Source of the DNA: Methanobacteriota archaeon
Lineage (GTDB): Archaea; Thermoplasmatota; Thermoplasmata; SG8-5; DAIRED01
Assembly: GCA_043799545.1 (NCBI GenBank)
Contig: JAZDNO010000014.1
Coordinates: 22,795 to 86,794 of the forward strand
Direction of reading: 5' to 3'
DNA: 64,000 nucleotides
The notes beneath the pieces are model-generated. The model did not search any database. It saw only the letters and a program-made list of their open reading frames with translations, and was not told the DNA's origin. Within the stretch, counting starts at the first letter, position 1, and the number at the start of each line of letters is the position of its first letter. Position numbers and translations under genes: made by a program. Below are positions 61,302 to 64,000 of the stretch, in pieces.

Positions 61302-62609
61302 ATGCCCGAGTTCAAGGTAATCCACGACACGGTCCACGGCAGCGTGAAGGTGGACGGGGTCGTCCGCGACCTAATGGAGACCTACGATTTCCAGCGTCTC
61401 GGCGGGGTCAGGCAGCTGGGCCTTGCATACCTGGTTTTTCCAGGCGCCAACCACACCCGATTCGAGCATTCCATCGGCACTTCGCACGTCGCCGGGGAGA
61501 TGGCCAAGGCGCTGGGGCTCTCTTCCGAGGAGCGCACCCTGGTCCGGTGTGCGGCCCTGCTCCACGACGTTGGGCATGGCCCCTTCTCCCACACGCTCGA
61601 GGCGACGCTCCACCGCAAGCTCGGCGTCGATCACATGGAGCTGACTAAGCAGATAGTCCGAGGCGAGACGAGCATGGTCGGCCCCGCCGCAAGGAAAGTG
61701 CTTCCAAAGGGGCAATCGATATGCGAAGTTCTGGAGAGGCACGGCGTGGCGTCCGACGAGGTCGCGGAGCTTGTGCACGGTAAACCGTACCCGTCACTCT
61801 CCCAGCTGCCGTTCAAAAGCGGAAGCCGTCCGATGTTCGGCGGGCGGAGGTACCTCTGCGACATGGTGCACAGCGCGTTCGACGCCGACCAGATAGACTA
61901 CCTGCTGAGGGACGCGCACTACACAGGAGTCGCCCACGGCGGCATAGACGTCGACCGCCTGGTCAACACCCTCGCCCTCCACAAGGGGCAGATGGTCGTC
62001 CACGAGAAGGGGGTCAGCGCGGTCGAAGGAATGCTGGTCGCTAGAGCCCTGATGTTCACGTCAGTGTACTTCCACAAGACCGTCAGGATTGCAGAGCTCA
62101 TGATATCCCGGGCCGTCGAGGCGGCGCTGGGGGAGGACATGCCGGAAGTGCAGGGCATGGTGGACTGGGAGCTGATGGCGTGGCTCGGGGAGCAGGGGGA
62201 GTATCAGAGGAACATCGCGCAGATGCTCAAGTACCGGGCGCTTTTCAAGAAGGCCTACGGCGTGACTCTCATCGACCTCGACCCCGAGAGGCGGGAGCGC
62301 CTCGCCGAACTCGGTGACTATGCGAAGCTCAGGAGGGTCGAGGACGCGATATGCGACAGGGCCGGGGCGCCGCGCGGCTCGGTGATGATAGACCTCCCGC
62401 ATCCCGACCTGCTGCTCTCCGAGCCCAGGATAGGAAAGGCGGACGTGCGCGTCCTTACGCCGAAGGGAATCAAGAGCTTCTCGTCCCTGACTCCGTTCGG
62501 AAGGGCAATACGCGACAGACACGTTTCGAACTGGGTCATAATGGTCGCTGCGGACAGGAGGCATCTGGCCAGCGTGCAGAAGGTCGCGGAGCGCGTCCTG
62601 TTCAGCTGA
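61302..62609 (+). CDS. HD-domain phosphohydrolase (SAMHD1/YdhJ-like)
   Basis: IHDTVHG, FQRL..QLG..FPGANHTRFEHSIG, LLHDVGHGPFSH, DADQIDYLLRD, YFHKT. Confidence 0.92.
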   Translation: MPEFKVIHDTVHGSVKVDGVVRDLMETYDFQRLGGVRQLGLAYLVFPGANHTRFEHSIGTSHVAGEMAKALGLSSEERTLVRCAALLHDVGHGPFSHTLEATLHRKLGVDHMELTKQIVRGETSMVGPAARKVLPKGQSICEVLERHGVASDEVAELVHGKPYPSLSQLPFKSGSRPMFGGRRYLCDMVHSAFDADQIDYLLRDAHYTGVAHGGIDVDRLVNTLALHKGQMVVHEKGVSAVEGMLVARALMFTSVYFHKTVRIAELMISRAVEAALGEDMPEVQGMVDWELMAWLGEQGEYQRNIAQMLKYRALFKKAYGVTLIDLDPERRERLAELGDYAKLRRVEDAICDRAGAPRGSVMIDLPHPDLLLSEPRIGKADVRVLTPKGIKSFSSLTPFGRAIRDRHVSNWVIMVAADRRHLASVQKVAERVLFS

Positions 62610-62703
62610 GACCAGTCAGGGCTGAGCGAGCGGGATGCGTCCGAAGTGTTAAAAACGATGAATGGTTAGGGTACTTGCCCCTTGGATGGGAGCGGTGATT
62701 CAG

Positions 62704-64000
62704 ATGGAAAAAATCGAGGCTTTCGACTACGAAAAGGCTTACAAGTCGTGGAAGTGGGACATTCCCGAGCATTACAACATGGGCTACGACTGCTGCGACA
62801 AGCACGCCGAGGGCCGGAACCGCAACAAGGTGGCGCTGTACTGGGAGAACGAGGCCGGGGACGCGAGGAAATACACGTTCCGCGAGTTCCGGAACATGAG
62901 CAACCAGTTCGGCAACGCGCTTCGGGATATGGGAATGAAGAAGGGAGACCGGTTCATCATACGCCTCCCGAACATCCCAGAGTTCCAGACCACGTTCCTG
63001 GGGGGGATGAAAATCGGCGCGGTCCCGATAGCCATCAGCGCAATGTTCACGGCCAAGGAAATCGCCTACCGCATCAACGACAGCGAGGCCAAGGCCATCG
63101 TGACCACAGAAGACGGGCTGCCGTCAATCGAGGAAGCGATGAAGACCTCTCCGGCGCTCAAGCACGTCATCGTTGTTAACGGGAAACCGGGCAGCCATCT
63201 CCAATACGGCAAGCTGATGGCCGGTGCGTCCAAAGCCCTGCTTCTCGAGAAGACCCGCTCGGACGACATGGCGTTCTTCTGCTACACCTCGGGCACTACG
63301 GGCAACCCCAAGGGGGCCGTACACAGGCACAGCTGGGCGATGGCCAACGACCCCGGCTTCAAATTCTGGCAGGGGTACCGGGAAGACGACGTGGTCGCCC
63401 ACACCGGCAACCTCAACTGGATTTTCCCGCTCGGGAACGGCTTCCTGTACGCTTGGCGCCACGGGGCCTCCGTCCTGCTCTACGACGGCCGTTTCGACGC
63501 CGAGAAGCGGTTCTCGCTACTGGAAAAGTACGAGGTTACCAATCTAGCTACCGTGCCGACTGCGCTCAGGATGATGCTGTCCGTGCCGGACGCCGAGAAG
63601 CGCCATCCATTGAAGTGCGTCAGGCGCATCATAAGCGCGGGCGAGCCCCTTAATCCCGAGGTGATACAGCTTTGGAAAAAGCGCTTCGGGCAGGAGATAC
63701 ACGAAGGCATCGGGATGACGGAGGTAATGGTCTACCTCTCGAACATAGACGGCATGCCCCTCAGGCCTGGCTCGTGCGGGAAACCGCAGCCGGGCCACAT
63801 CTGCGCCATCGTCGACGAGACGGGCAAGGTGCTCGGGCCCAACCAGCCCGGAAACCTCGCCGTCAGGAAGGGAGACCCGGGGCTCTTCACGGAGTACTGG
63901 AACAAGCCCGACAAGACGGCCGAGTGCTATGCGGGCGACTGGTTCCTCAGCGGCGACACGCTTTTCACGGACGAGGACGGTTACTTCTGGTTCCAGGGGC
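62704..64000 (+). CDS. AMP-forming acyl-CoA synthetase (acetate/medium-chain type); 3' end outside window
   Basis: Translated by hand (absent from track because it has no stop in the window): WDIPEHYNMG, YTSGTTGNPKG, SAGEPLNP, EGIGMTE, GSCGKP, SGD. Confidence 0.92.
   Translation, partial: MEKIEAFDYEKAYKSWKWDIPEHYNMGYDCCDKHAEGRNRNKVALYWENEAGDARKYTFREFRNMSNQFGNALRDMGMKKGDRFIIRLPNIPEFQTTFLGGMKIGAVPIAISAMFTAKEIAYRINDSEAKAIVTTEDGLPSIEEAMKTSPALKHVIVVNGKPGSHLQYGKLMAGASKALLLEKTRSDDMAFFCYTSGTTGNPKGAVHRHSWAMANDPGFKFWQGYREDDVVAHTGNLNWIFPLGNGFLYAWRHGASVLLYDGRFDAEKRFSLLEKYEVTNLATVPTALRMMLSVPDAEKRHPLKCVRRIISAGEPLNPEVIQLWKKRFGQEIHEGIGMTEVMVYLSNIDGMPLRPGSCGKPQPGHICAIVDETGKVLGPNQPGNLAVRKGDPGLFTEYWNKPDKTAECYAGDWFLSGDTLFTDEDGYFWFQG

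Noticed and set aside
60532-64000. SatP-HD-acyl-CoA synthetase cluster as a new pathway
   Set aside because: Acetate permease next to an acyl-CoA synthetase is a common pairing; the HD gene has separate promoter-like sequence and no evident link.

Overview
A 64 kb stretch of an archaeal chromosome, roughly 60% GC. The unsplit rpoB, rpoA2 with an N-terminal extension, rpoK-eno-rps2 order and DUF5611-type gene point to Thermoplasmatota (inference). Most of it is housekeeping: the rpoH-B-A1-A2-rpl30e-nusA operon, rps13-rps4-rps11-rpoD-tRNA-Leu, purA, purD, nrdJ, rfcL, taw1 and a SatP/acyl-CoA synthetase pair. Four things stand out. (1) An AT-rich, 5'-truncated OLD-family ATPase/TOPRIM nuclease at 1-2553 has six prenyltransferase-beta-type repeats, lacking the catalytic DxC motif, inserted inside the ATPase domain, and its Walker B reads DN rather than DE. 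(2) A tRNA-Lys(UUU) gene at 18514-18681 is interrupted by three introns (20/21, 37/38, 59/60) with BHB-type junctions. (3) A ~15 kb glutamate-dehydrogenase locus at 29.7-44.7 kb holds three ~1000-aa paralogues with an ATP-grasp domain and a putative phospho-His domain but no pyruvate-binding barrel, one fused to a sensor domain and a nucleotidyltransferase. It also holds a metallophosphoesterase, a stand-alone nucleotidyltransferase, two GDHs, an Lrp regulator, an uncalled 45-aa ORF and an NrpR-like operator, together a candidate covalent-modification signalling system for nitrogen metabolism. (4) Four back-to-back hairpins follow tRNA-Leu, the first complementary to the tRNA's own 3' end. There is also a solitary AT-rich HNH nuclease gene. 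I saw no CRISPR array, rRNA, transposase or integrase. All family assignments come from motifs read by eye; no database search was run.
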